From Perkinsus chesapeaki ATCC PRA-425 (taxonomy: Eukaryota > Protista > Perkinsozoa), in contig JAAPAO010000048.1 of assembly GCA_013115145.1 (NCBI GenBank), positions 1-64,000 on the forward strand: DNA of 64,000 nt, written 5' to 3'. Every line of letters starts with the position of its first letter. The first letter of the stretch is position 1. Made by a program: the position numbers and the translations under genes. Below are positions 12,421 to 25,700 of the stretch, piece after piece. The notes under the pieces are model-generated. The model made no database searches and was not told where the DNA came from. It saw only the letters and a program-made list of their open reading frames with translations.

Positions 12421-13776
12421 GTGGCATGGTTATCTATTCACTGCATTTAAGGTTCTTCATCGAAGTTTGCAGCTCCTGAGCTCTCGCTGATGTTTTCAAC
12501 ATTTGAGCTAAACAATTGTTTCGGAATAGACCCATTAAGTGGAACGGGCGAAGGGGGTTGACGAAGAGAGAGGAAGACTCAAGATCACACAGAGAATGGA
12601 ACCTTAGCTCAGCTTAACACTAGTATCGATGATAGTGTTATAACCTAGTATAGATTCATGTCTCATTTGATCTGATGGTCAACAATCAGACGCCAAAACC
12701 CGAATAATGCGAGATGAGGTATGCGTTACGCAACGTTATCAAGAATTTCGATTTAAGCTATTATTTGCGTTCATTTCTTATATATCGTCAACTGGCCATC
12801 AGAGTTGGCAATTAATGAGTGGAAGTTCCATTTATTATGGATCCTTGCCATTGGAACATTCAGTTTGGGAGTAAAATTTTTTCACTAAAAATGGCTTCAG
12901 AAAAGTGGATATTGTGGTCTCCCAATCACCTGAAAACAGAGGCGTCTCCTCAGAATTATTGCTTTAACAGAAAAATTTCTCGCGTTCGTTTTCGAACAAG
13001 TTGCTTGGGGCAGCCCAACTGAGTGAGTTGTAGTACTAACATCGTGTAGTTGAAACTTTTAAAAGTGCAACCCCAGATTGATGTCCTTGTTTTTGAAATG
13101 TACAGTAACAATAGCGTCACTGTGACAAGCGTTACAGTGTACTAATAGTAACTGTAAATTTGGGTAATACAACTCAATTGTATTCCTTATTCACGGCGAA
13201 AGTAATTTCCCTACCCGCCTAGTGGGCGGCCTCAAACGCGAAGAAGATTTCTGGTATTGACGGAATTTCGTGGTTGATCGTTTCTGTGATCGTAATTGCA
13301 TGACGGATGTGAAGAAGTTGAACACGTAATATATCCAGCAGGTCTTTTAAAGTCTTAAAGTTTTCAAAATGAAACCTTCATGTCATTTAATTCACCCGAA
13401 TCTAAATAGGTTCTCAGTCCTCCTACTACTCAGCATCCCACCAATAGGCCCGAGAGGTTGTTCGGATCTGGTGAAGGCCTTGAAGCGGCGGATATATATC
13501 GATATGTTTCGTGACTGCCTGTGTTTCTCACTCAGTGCAATCTTGGTGTTAACGATTAAGTAAATAACATTCCGGCAGGGCTATTCAGTTGTCTTTCTGT
13601 GTATGGATACCACTGGTACGCCGCAGGAACATACAGGATTGATAAAACGAGCGGTAGGCCGGCATAGGCATCGAATGGCACGGATATCATCTGTAATAGT
13701 GGCTTGAAGCAATATAGTGTTATCTTAGTGCTAGGGTATTGTTGGGAGGCCGCCCCCGGCATTATCAAGGCAGATG

Positions 13777-16700
13777 TCAAGACTGAGCCTGAGTGAACCA
13801 CCAGGGGGAGGAGGAGGAGGACCTGGATCGGCTACATTGGGATTTAGTGATCTGGAGATTGTAATAGGGAAATGTAAAGTGAATTTGATGAGAATAATGG
13901 GCAAGAGCTCAAGAAGGATTGAAGAAAAATCGGGAACGTGATTATCGTCACAAAAAAGTCAAGTCAAATTTTGGTACCGTCGAAGAAAATAGAGCCATAA
14001 AATTGAATTGTGAAGACAATAGAGGACAATCTTATAGAGGAACTGATGTCATGCATCAACCTAAGATACGTGGTTTGGATGCATTGGCTCCAATTAGAAG
14101 TGACGGAACACAGGCAGTTGATCAATCATCATCGGAGCTCCTTGGTGGGGTACAGCAAGATGGTATGGACGCCAAGGATCTCAAGCCATGTTTTGATGCG
14201 ATGTAGAAGGGGGGAGGGGTGAATCAGATAAGTCGGAAATGTGGTATGAGATGAAGTTCTCAGAAGGAATGCTGTTTTCGTTTGGTCTATGAACACAAAA
14301 GTCTGTCCCCGCTATATCATCATGATCGCATTAGAAACAGTTTTCATCCTAGAGTATCTTATGGAGCTGTTGAAAGTGCACTTCGCTCTTCCATCGGCAA
14401 TGCATCTCCTGTCGGGAGTTACGCTACTTTCTTGTATTTGCGAAAGTGTGCCAAATCTCCGCACTGGAACTACATTTATATTACGCTGCAGTCTCCGACG
14501 ACATGGAGAGCACGAACTCCATTTGGGAGGCGCAACTGGCCGAGTCACGAATAATATTCCTATACACCACGTCGTATCGAGGCCGACTATAATGTATTTC
14601 TTGTCTACTGTGTTTTAAAGAAATCGGGAATCTCGCATATAGTTTTCTATCGGACCACAGCATTTCCCGGTCATGCTTCCGACATGCGCACAGTTATTTC
14701 CGAGATACCGCAGGCAAATATCCGGCGCGTCACAATTATTCCCGACCAGCACCCATTTATCCGATTCGGCCATGTGCAATATCCGACGAATACGGTCATT
14801 CTAATATCTGCACAATTCTACATCTCAAATACCCGATAGCCTACTTTTCAATATCCGCGGGCGCTAATCCAAAAGAATCTTCTGCGCAGAAATCGGAAAT
14901 AACAATGCGCATGTCGGAAACATGACGGGGAAATGCTGTAGTTGGATGTACTATAGCTGCTCAGTGGAGTTAAAGCTCGTACTTAGGCTAGGCATTGGTA
15001 TTCATTTTATAATAAGGATTCAACATGCCCCACTTTTAATTTCTAACTCGGGAACTCTACGAACCCAAAATGAATACGATATCATAAAAGGGACATGTTA
15101 CCTGTGTTCCCTCAATAGTCTCGTCATTCTGATAAGATACAAAATAGGTTAACTCGGTGCCTCAATACAGTTGTGGGAAATTTCGTTTTCTTACCATCAC
15201 TCAGTTGACTTAATTCCCCTTTTCATTGGTTGTTTTCCTAATATTGGCAGGCCGCCCACCGCTCAATTGGAAGCCAAGCGTTATCAAGCCTGCTTGAGCC
15301 TTAAAGATATAGCAGCAAGTTCGCCGGAACATTTTGGCCTTTATAAACCTGTTTTCCTACAGCGAGTGTGGACGGTCATACTGGGAGAAGGCCATCGATT
15401 GGTGAGTATTTCATACCATATTTCCCACAACTTTCCTCTAGTCAACGCGCCGTGCTGCTGTCCTTGCTTTACAAGCATCGTTGCCCATTTCTCCACCTGC
15501 ATCGAAGGAGAGCACAGTGGAGCCGAGCGAGTGGTGTGTCTGGACTTTGGCTATCGTCGGGAGAACTTTGGATGACTCAATCCAAGCTGGAGGCCCGTCG
15601 AATTCATCTGTAAAGGAGATGGCTGCCGGCATGCCGCGAGTGAAAAGGACGGAGGCGGCCATACAGGGCAGCTTGATTGTACTGGGCGCTATGGTGGACG
15701 TCGGAGGTCATATTGAGATACTCAAGCGATTGAGTAAGATGGTGATGGTATCTTAGGTCCAACCGTGCGTTCTGATCTGTCATATTGGTTACGGTTAACA
15801 TTACGATATCGTCGGTCGAAGTATAAAAGTGTTGTTCAAGTGGTTGATAGACTTCTGGCCAATTTCGCACAGGCCAGCCCGGAGGAGTTTGCTCTTTGTG
15901 GTGATGAAGCCATTGGGCATTTGATAACCGAAGGTGCTGGTATAGAAGGCTACTGTGGACAAGATGGCAGACCAGCTGCTATCAACTCAGTAAGGGGAGA
16001 CGGGAGAGTAGGATAGTGTAAGGAGTCGAATTGAACTTTATAACAACAAAATTAGTGTAATCAATTATATTAATATAAATAATAAATTACCAATGAAAGA
16101 AATGAAATTAAGTGTCCCTCTGGATACTCCCTCTCGGCATGATTGTGTTACCCGTGGAATGATAGAGGTACTTTGGCTGTCAAATTCTGTTGAAGTGCTT
16201 CGTGGTCTTCCTTTGCTCGTTATGCAGCCTCACTATTTACTACCTTCTCTCGTCCTTATTATTACTCAGTCATATTTTTTATCGTCTTTGCCTGTTGTTC
16301 AGCTCGCTGAAGTCTGTGTGGCGGAGGGATCGGAGAGAATCCTTCCATACGTGAAGAGTATCATTAGTTGTATTGAGTCTGTGTTGGGTGATGACGACAT
16401 TAAAGCAGCTGTTGGGAGGAAGGCTAGTGGAGGTAAGCGTTAGAGGAAGAGGAGGCGGGCCGGTTATTATAATTCAATTTCAGAAGCATCTCCTACGGGA
16501 AGGACGGACAGAATGTATCGACTACACGAGAGCACTCTAGAGTAAGTCCAAATCCTAACTTAGTCACTTCAATAGTTCATCCTCAGGTGTCTGGGTAGAC
16601 TAGCAGAAACTGTTGGTTATGAACTGGGTAAATATTTTGAAGATGCCAATTTATCCTCATTAATATTCTCGGCTGGTTTGACTCCAGCTGTATTGGAGGC

Positions 16701-19700
16701 GGTTTGGGATTGTTGTTGTTATTGTCAACCAGTTGTAAGTGCGGCGGCTCCACCTTCACAGCACCATTATTGTTCCCCAAACTGTTTTACTCTCTCCGGC
16801 GGCGTCAGCGTCATTTCTCACGTTGCAATAGACTTAGGCGAATGGAAGGAATGATGCGAAATTGTGCTCGATTTTTTATCTCTGAAAGATGCACCTTCCT
16901 CTCGGGAACTCCGCGGCTCGGTAGAGAGGTTGTTAAATGATACGTTAGAGGTTATAATCAAACCATCGTAACGATTTCCTCAATTGATGGGTATGACTTG
17001 TGAGCTAGATATCCTCACCATTTCATGCGGGACTTATGGTCAAAAAGCGCGTTTTTGGCTGTTCGGTATTTTCCATATTTTCCTCAAATTTTTCTCAAGC
17101 TCGACAACAGATGTAGCCAGCCACGTGCACACTTTCCCAATCGAACGATGCCATCGTGCAATATCTCCTTTTTCATGTTCAAGGTGTTTTCCATCTTTCA
17201 TAAATCCTCTTAACTTCTTCTTCTATCCCTCAACGACTTATAAAAATTCGAGTCCCATCTCGTATACCTATCTTTTACGTAGGTGAGGAAATAATTCACA
17301 GAATTTTCCACGAAATATTTTTTCGTTTTTTTGTAAGTGGCAATTATCCGTTTCCATATCGTTGTTCAACGAGGAAAAGAACATCTCTGTAAATTGGTGA
17401 TATTGGTGGTTCGCTTTAGTGTTCGGCCTTGCAAACTCAACTGCTCGATACAGTATCGACTATCCTACAGAATGTTACCTCGTGCACGAATCCAACTATG
17501 CTAGCTCCTCAGGAGGAACAACAGGTAGGCGGGAAATTGGTATTGATGGGTCGCCATGACGTGCAGGAGATACTTGGCTGTAGTCTGAGTTGACATGAGT
17601 TGCTATAGTGTCCCTTTCATTTAACTTGCACTGCTAGAGTCGTTCATTTCGCTCCCTTTGGCAGCGAGCTGTCTTTAGGAACATCATATTGTAGGTTATC
17701 TCTATTTAGTCTAACGGAAAACAATTGCGGCTTTTCCTGGTAAAAATTAACCTTCCATCATTTCCCCTTGGTTTTTTATTAATAGGTTTTCTGGTTCAGG
17801 CACACCGATCAAGAACGTTCTCGGCAATGTCAGCTGGTAAGCGGTGAGAATAATCCTATCACTTTAAAGTGCACCTCTTTAGGTACCGCTGCCCTCGAAG
17901 CACAGGCTTCAACAGCAGTACTGGCCATGAGGGCCCTTATCAGTTTTGGGCCCTACGATCCACGAGTGAAGCCCTTCCTGTGTGACACTGTCTTGAGGTA
18001 TGCTCTTCAGGGATATGTTTGCTAATCGGTCGGATTAGTAGAATCCAGCCGAATACGCAAACCAACTACGCTGAGCTATATTCCATTGGATGGCCAGGAT
18101 GCTTTTAACTGCTTAAACTTTACCGACAAATGATTGAAAATTTGTTTTTGAAAGTCTTCGAATGTGCATTCTGTTAGTTCGACAAATGGAAGAGTTCATA
18201 CAGGCAAACATCAAAGATTATGTCTTCTCCGAGATGAATCTCATAATCCTTTTGGTCAAGGATGGTCCTTCCTAGCATTACTCGATTATGTCTTCTCCGC
18301 ATTACGTTATTCTGAGGCCAGATGACTCTTTGTGTAGGTGTTTGGACCATCAACATCCACTCGTCCGTAAAATGGCAGCGAAGACAATCACTAAGTTGCT
18401 CTTGCCGGTCGATCTGCCCACAGACGATGAGAGGGAGAGGAAACCGTCATTTAATGATGAGGTGAGACCATGATAATCGTGCCTGTTACATAGCTGGCGT
18501 GTTGGAGTATCACATTGGTGTCCTCCGCGGAGCCCCACCACAATTTCACGACTCTGAGATTCACGTCAGAAAGTGCTGAGGAAATGTTTTGTCGATTCGC
18601 GCAATATTCCCTAAACTCGTCCCATAGATGTATATAGGGTACCTTATGCGTACCAGCCTAGCTCTGGCTGGTTAAGTCCAGGTGTTTAAGGGATTTCTCG
18701 CTTCCACCTGCTAGCATTAAAAATTGAGTGAATTCACTCGGCTCTATGGAAAGATAAAATGATGTGGATTGAGTTGCTACTGATCGACATTTTGCGATAA
18801 AATGACATTATATCCTTCCGGGCAACCACCGTGATGAGGATTAGCGATTACCTTCACTACTGCAGGAGAAGTTGGGTGAATTTGTGAGCGGTTTTTTCTT
18901 TGTCAGACCCCTCACACGAATGCTTCATCGGAATGTTCGGACACTCAACCCAGTCGAGGGAGACAGATAGTTTTGTGCAAACCGCACCATATAGAAGCCA
19001 TTTCAAGGGTGGTGCAACGCTTGTTAGTTTTAGCGGTTGCAGATACTGATCCGGATATAAGGTGGGTGCTGGGGATCGAACCTGCGTGGTTTGGATGACA
19101 GCTGTTGTAGGTACTCGGTGTTCGACGGTATTGATCGACGATTTGATCCATTCCTTTCGGATCGGACATGTATAGCAGCGATAACTCAGGTAGGCAAGTC
19201 GTGGGTTCGATCCCGGCATGTTGCATTTTTAATAGGCTTTAAATGATGAATCTTTGATTGTGAGGAAGGCAGCGGTGAAGCTCCTCGGAAGGCTCTGTTA
19301 TCATAATCCAGCTTACGTCCTGCCGGCACTGAGAAAGCTTCTTATACAGCTTTTAACAGAGTTGGAATATAATCACGTAAATGGCCACCCGGGTTCGATC
19401 CTCGGCCGGGGCACTTTTCCGTTAGGCTGATCTCGGTGGGGAGGAAGCCGCCGAGTTATTGTGCGATTTGCTTTCAAAAGCTGGCACCCATATGAGCCCA
19501 TATGTTCTGGCAGTCGTCGAGGCGGTTGTATCGAAACTTAGTCGACCGGAGCCGATTCCACCGCGGTGAGAAAATGCTCTTGCCGGGGATCGAACCAGGG
19601 TGGATCCTGTCGCCACAGATACACATCACTCCTGTTGGAGGCTTTAGGCCAGTTGAGCGATATTTCCGGGCAGTCGATTTTATCGAGCGGGATGATCGAT

Positions 19701-22700
19701 GATATACTTCAATTGCTTGTAGATAACATTCAGGTAGGTTCCGGGTTCGATCCTCGGTAAGGGTATTTTAGGATACCAGATCGGGTGGCGAAGGTGACCA
19801 AGCTGTACAATGGGACAAGAAAAAAGAAGTCGCATATAGGTGGGTCATGGACGGGAAGCTCTGGGGAATTTACCTTTGGTCTTAAGTGTGAACTCTCGAG
19901 CCAAAATGGACGCCTAACCAGTTGAGTATTTTTCACATCTGGAAATAGACTTTACAGCGAGTCACACTTGTTAGGAACTATACTTTTGTTCAATGATTGT
20001 GAAAAGCTGACGGAGACGATGCCAGAACTGTCACGTCGGGCATGCGGCCTGTACCGGGCCGCGGCTATAGGAGAAGTCGTACTTCTGGATTGGGGTTCAG
20101 ACAGCATAGGTCATGATGAATCTCATTAAAAACTGATGAAAGCTTGTTCAATTTTTTGCACCATTCGCTCCGGAAGTTGATTGTGATGATGAGCAGGACT
20201 CCACAAAGACACATCGGGCATACCGGGCCGGATTAGAATCGTCTTAGCTTGATTAACAGTGAATTATGGCTGTTGCTAGTGTGAATAAAAAGCTCTTATT
20301 ATTGGGCTCTACCGAATAGCTTGAATTATCGCCCTCCTGTTCAGGACCCTATCCCGCGTGATTGAGAACACTGGTTTGGTGGTTGTCCCCTACGAGAAGT
20401 TCCCTCCACTTCTACCCTATATGATTGACTTTCTAAGAGCTGATGCTCAACACACCGCCCATACGGCAGTCAGGCGTCAGGTGCTGCCGCAACCGGGGAT
20501 CGAACCCGGGTGGATCGATTGCTAAATCAGGCTATCCGAGCGATAGGCACATTAGGCGCCCTCGACCCGAGCAGGTTTGATGCGCTGAAGCATATTGCTA
20601 CCATACCAGCGATTGATACCGCCTCTGCTGGCCAGCTGGCACAACAACAACACGACTCGAGATCCTGTAGGGGATAGATGCTTGTTTGCTTACACTTGCT
20701 TTGTTGATAGCAGCGACTTTGGCAACTCAGAGCACTATGGTGGCTGTGTCACACTCACACGGTCTTCCTCCTCCTCCTCCTACTGGAGGAGGACCAAGCC
20801 CTGGGGAAGCAGCGGCATTCGAAGCAAAACCATCAACCGTTGGTGAGAATGTCCTTATTATGTCATAATGTTGTCTTATGGGTCGTATCCTCACAGCAGA
20901 CTAACATAACACACATTTGTGAATCTTGGTGGCTCAATACTGTAACGCCGTCAGAGCTAGCTGCGGTCAGAAAAGGTGTACTGTTGAGAGTTTTGAAAAC
21001 CTTACATTAACCGCGTAGTTGATATTATATATGTACTTCAAAACTGTTATATGTTGCCGTCTGAATGTTTTGCTGGAAAACATTTCTGGGGGAATTTCTC
21101 CGAAGTTCGATCGATATGTGGGCGTTGGTTGAGCGGTGTTACGGATGGTATTACGGTAGATTGAATGATACATCCTTTACTTAGGCACTGTGGTGGCTGG
21201 TGCCGGGTGTGGTGGTGGTGGTGCACCTTACGCCTGCTATGGGTTCACTGCAAGTATTGCTGCTGGTATGGATCTTCAACAACAACTGTTAACGGTTATG
21301 ATACAAATGGCATCTGAGGAGGTCAGTTGTTGACTTAGTCTTCACATCCGCTTTCTGACTTCAACGTTTAATATATTATTTATTTACTCTGCATACCATA
21401 AAGTCCGGTTTACTGCTGCACTTATCGGTTATGTGGGCTCTTCTTGGATTTACGCTATAACATTAACCCTCCTCCTATCAGACTGCATAGTCACCTCACA
21501 CTGGTCAAATCGGTTTTCGTAGCAAATATTATTATCTAGTTTTATAGACGAGCAAATGCGGGGATTCCGGCGGTGCTTATTAACAGATGTGGAAAAGTGA
21601 ATCTGAATCATCACAAATTCTGGTATTGGTTAATTTGACAACTCGCCATATTGCATGATAGTTTTATAACTGTCCCTTTTTGTGTGCTGTCAGGGTGTCA
21701 GTGGTGATGGCTGCAGTGGTAGTCCTCCAGATGGGATGAGTCAGCAGCGTGACGGTAAGTGCTCATGTGGATACGTTATCATCCATACCGGCTTTCCCAT
21801 TTAGTTGATCAAAATGCGGGGCAGCAGCGTCTGGCTCAGGCGAGTGCGGCTCCAGCTTGGGCGGCGAGTGGAGCAGATAATCCGCAAACATGCAAGTAAG
21901 GCGTAGGAATTGAACCTGGTCACTCGCATGAAAGTCTAACATCATAACCGTTCAGGTGGCTGTACACTTCTCATGCTGTGGCAACTTTATTAAAGATGCT
22001 TTGTGATACATCGCTCCCGAGCGACTATCACAGTCATGTCGTCGATGCACTGATGACTATTTTTCAACACCTCGGTCGTCAAGCGGGAGGATGTGTTATG
22101 CCATTCCTACCCCAAATAATGAACTCGATCATATCAGTGGTACAACGCAGCCCCGCCGACAGCTCGATCGCCCACGAGCGAGCGCCACTTCTTCGACATC
22201 TTGCCTATCTGGTCAAAGTAGCAAACGCCAAGCAAATAGCGCCTTATCTGAAATCGATATTCGACTTGGTTGCTGCAGTATGGCCGCCAGAGCCTGTGCG
22301 CGGCGCTGGTGAGATTTGTGAGAAAGTTGGTATAAATTACATTTATTTGTAGTCCAAGTGCCGCCGCCTCCTCCTCCACCTCCTCCACCATCAATCCTGT
22401 CGAATGGTGAGCCTTCGGGTGGTCAGGGCCCAGGCTCACAGTTGGTCATGGTGGCCGCATTACCGACTACATCACCGCCGAACTCGGACAGAGTTGATCT
22501 CATCCTGGCAGCGCTCGCGCTACTTGAAGAGATATGCAAGCAACATCACCACGAATCCAAGGTGGGATTCGAACCCACGACCTTTCGATTGTTAAGTTCA
22601 GGTCTACATGGGTCCCCTCGTTCCGCGAATTCTCCACCTGTTATCGCCTGACCGCGGCCTCGGGTACAGCAGCCAGGATAATGGTGTCATAGCGAGCAAA

Positions 22701-25700
22701 GTTCTCTCGTCATTGGTGGTGTTCGGATCGACTATCACGGAGTTTATGCATTTAGTCATACCGACACTTACCAACCTTTTCGACTATACGCCTTCCAACT
22801 ACGCCAATGAAGGTGAGCTTGGAGGAGAATCTTGTAAATGATAAACTGTCTGTGGATGGGTATCGTAAAGTAGGTCTTGTGGACCTTGTTCTTCGATAGA
22901 GCATCTCGCAAAGCATCAGGCGATCCATCAAAAGCATGTGTTCCTTAAATGACTTTGAGTATTATTTGTGAAGACACGCCATACTCAGTAAAGGCTACCG
23001 GTCAGCTAATAATAATGATCGACAACTTTTCCTAGTGTGAAGCAGTAACAAGAGCTCTATCTTTCCAAAGTGCCGATCAACTATCCGAGTAGCCGGAAAC
23101 ATTTCGAACGAAAGCATATCCCTCCCCGGGTTGCTCTGAATGGGGATATGCGACACAGGATGCTCATCGGCAACCTCAGCTGCTCCAAAGTTGATTATCA
23201 TGTTAAAGCGTTTTATTACATTATAAAAAGTGCTGTGAAACACGAGCGGCGAGAAGTGTGTATCATAATGAGAATACAGTTATGAAGTCAAGGATTAGGA
23301 TCTTACTGGTTGCAATTTGTAAAAAGAAGAAACTGTCCTACCCGGGGATCGAACCAGGGATCTTTTGCTAATGGAAAATCTACGAAATTTTTCGTCGTCT
23401 TGCATTTGCTAGAGTCAAGTCTCACTTAAACATTATTCAGGTCACTCAGTAGTGCCTCCTCCGATGCATATCCGCATTAAAGCCATCAAAGTTGTTGGTG
23501 CTCTATCCAAGCAAGTGCCATTCGCACAGTTCTCCGGTCGGATTACTCATCCTTTGGTCCGAATACTCGACAACGAAAGCGCCCCGCTTGAGCTTAAGCA
23601 CGTTGCCCTGGGCTGCCTGGGTCAGTTGGCTCGCTCCTTCGGCGAAGGCTTTGCCATCTACGCACCGCTAATAAATCGTACCTGCATTCGACACGGCCTT
23701 CCAGCTGTGTTTGATACACCGGAGGGGAAGAGCGAATGTCGAGCGTTCAATCGAATGGTTGTGTCACCGAGATTTGCCCCACCTGGTCGGATGCATTCGA
23801 GGAGCCTGTCCGATGGTGGTGACCTATGTGGCATACCTGACACTACGATTGCTCCGGGCTCACAGGTGAGGCAGACAGGTTTGCCGTATTGCAATTTGGT
23901 CCATAGTTTTTTCCTTGCTACTGTCAGGGAGCCATCTGGATACTGTAGATTAGTTTCTGAGTACAATTGTGAATATCTTTTTATTTGGTCCAATTTGAGC
24001 ATCAAACATCCATTTGACATCACAGCTGGGATTTATATAGTTGTATTTTTTGAAATAATAGTTTTGCTATCTTATGAGGGCCGGAGATTGGCCTGTCCAA
24101 AATTCGCCTGATTCCGGTTCACTTTTTAATATTATACAATCCCCTTTATTTCCTCTATATATCAAGTATTATACAATCCCCTTTATTTCCTCTATATATC
24201 AAGTATTATACAATCCCCTTTATTTCCTCTATATATCAANNNNNNNNNNNNNNNNNNNNNNNNNNNNNNNNNNNNNNNNNNNNNNNNNNNNNNNNNNNNN
24301 NNNNNNNNNNNNNNNNNNNNNNNNNNNNNNNNNNNNNNNGTATTATACAATCCCCTTTATTTCCTCAGATATATCAAGTATTATACAATCCTCTTTATTT
24401 CCTCAGATATGTAGTTTTGTCCCAGATCACCCAGCCCTCCACATGGCTTGGGAAGCCAGTCAAAGATGGACTAAAGATGAATGGGTTTTGTGGATGAAAA
24501 GGATTTCACTTGAGATTCTGCGAGAATCGCCGAGCGAGTCTTTGAGGGCGTGCTGGTCTGTGGCACAGATGCACCCGCCTGTCGCAAAAGAACTATTTCC
24601 CGTTGGCTTTTTGGCTACATGGACGTCATTACAGGTGAGTTATTTTCTATCTTGCATGGTTGACGTGAAGATACTCTCACGAGCTTGGGCTGCTATTACG
24701 AATGAATCCTTATCGAACTCTGTATACAAGTATCGATGTTTGACTTTTTGCTTTTTTGTCCGAATAAATTTCGATTTTTTTCTCGACTTTTCCGAAATAC
24801 TTTTATTATTTTCCTTCAGGACAGCTACCAATGTTTCCTCCTCCGCTCCCTGGAGCTGGCTCTGTGCTCACCCCAGCTGCCGCCGGACATCCTGCAGACT
24901 CTACTGCAGCTGGCGGAATTCATGGACCGATCGAACGTGCCGCTTCCGATGGAGAATAGAATGCTGGCAAGTTTGGCGGAGAAGTGCCATACTTATGCCA
25001 AAGCTTTGAGGTGAGGAGAGCGAAGACTCATGGAGGAGTATCTAAGGTTGAAGGACGGCTTTCATGTTTGTTCTCCCAGTAGGAAACTTTTTTCCACCAG
25101 ATATCCTATTATATTACTTCACTAGGATTGAATATTCTATTAAACATTTGTAGTGTCGTCTTCGCTCTAAGAACGCTTCGAAAATCCGCAAATTCGAGTC
25201 CAATATTTTCGCCTGTCGTACCGATTCACTTTCCTGAGCGAACTGTACCAAATTAAGTAGTCTCACAGAGCTGAGCCTAGAAGGGACCAACGAATGCATC
25301 ATCATCCTCCTCCGAGAAGTATCTCATGCTCCTTTATATTATAAACTAACATGAGTTATAAACTACTTGGTGAGCTTATGTGATGAGATGGTATCCTATC
25401 AGATACCGGGAGATGGAGTTCAAAGCATCACCATCGGTCACTTGTGTGGAGGCGTTAATCTCGACAAATATGCAACTTGGTCAAGTTGTCGAGGCACAAG
25501 GCGTGCTGCAGTATGCGCAAAGATACCTTGGTGATGAGCTTGAATTGAAGGAAAGTTGGTATGAGAAACTACAATGTTGGGACGAGGCGCTCGAGGCCTA
25601 TGAGCTTCGTCAAATGGAGGAGCCCGGTAACCTCGACGTCACCACTTCACGCATGCGATGCCTTCGTGCTCTGGGAGAATGGGAACGTCTTGGAAAGCTT

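Noticed and set aside
13919-14206. [12 protein letters not shown] as a non-LTR RT motif (DLxKAFD)
   Set aside because: No other RT motifs nearby, and the segment lies between exons that align with the TOR N-terminus.
16672-16688. GCTGG TTTGACT CCAGC T-arm-like hairpin
   Set aside because: Lies in a TOR coding exon ([12 protein letters not shown]) and lacks the +13 A/T-run; treated as chance.
24074-25009. 311-aa ORF
   Set aside because: Runs through a 37-bp tandem repeat, an N gap and introns. Only parts are TOR exons.
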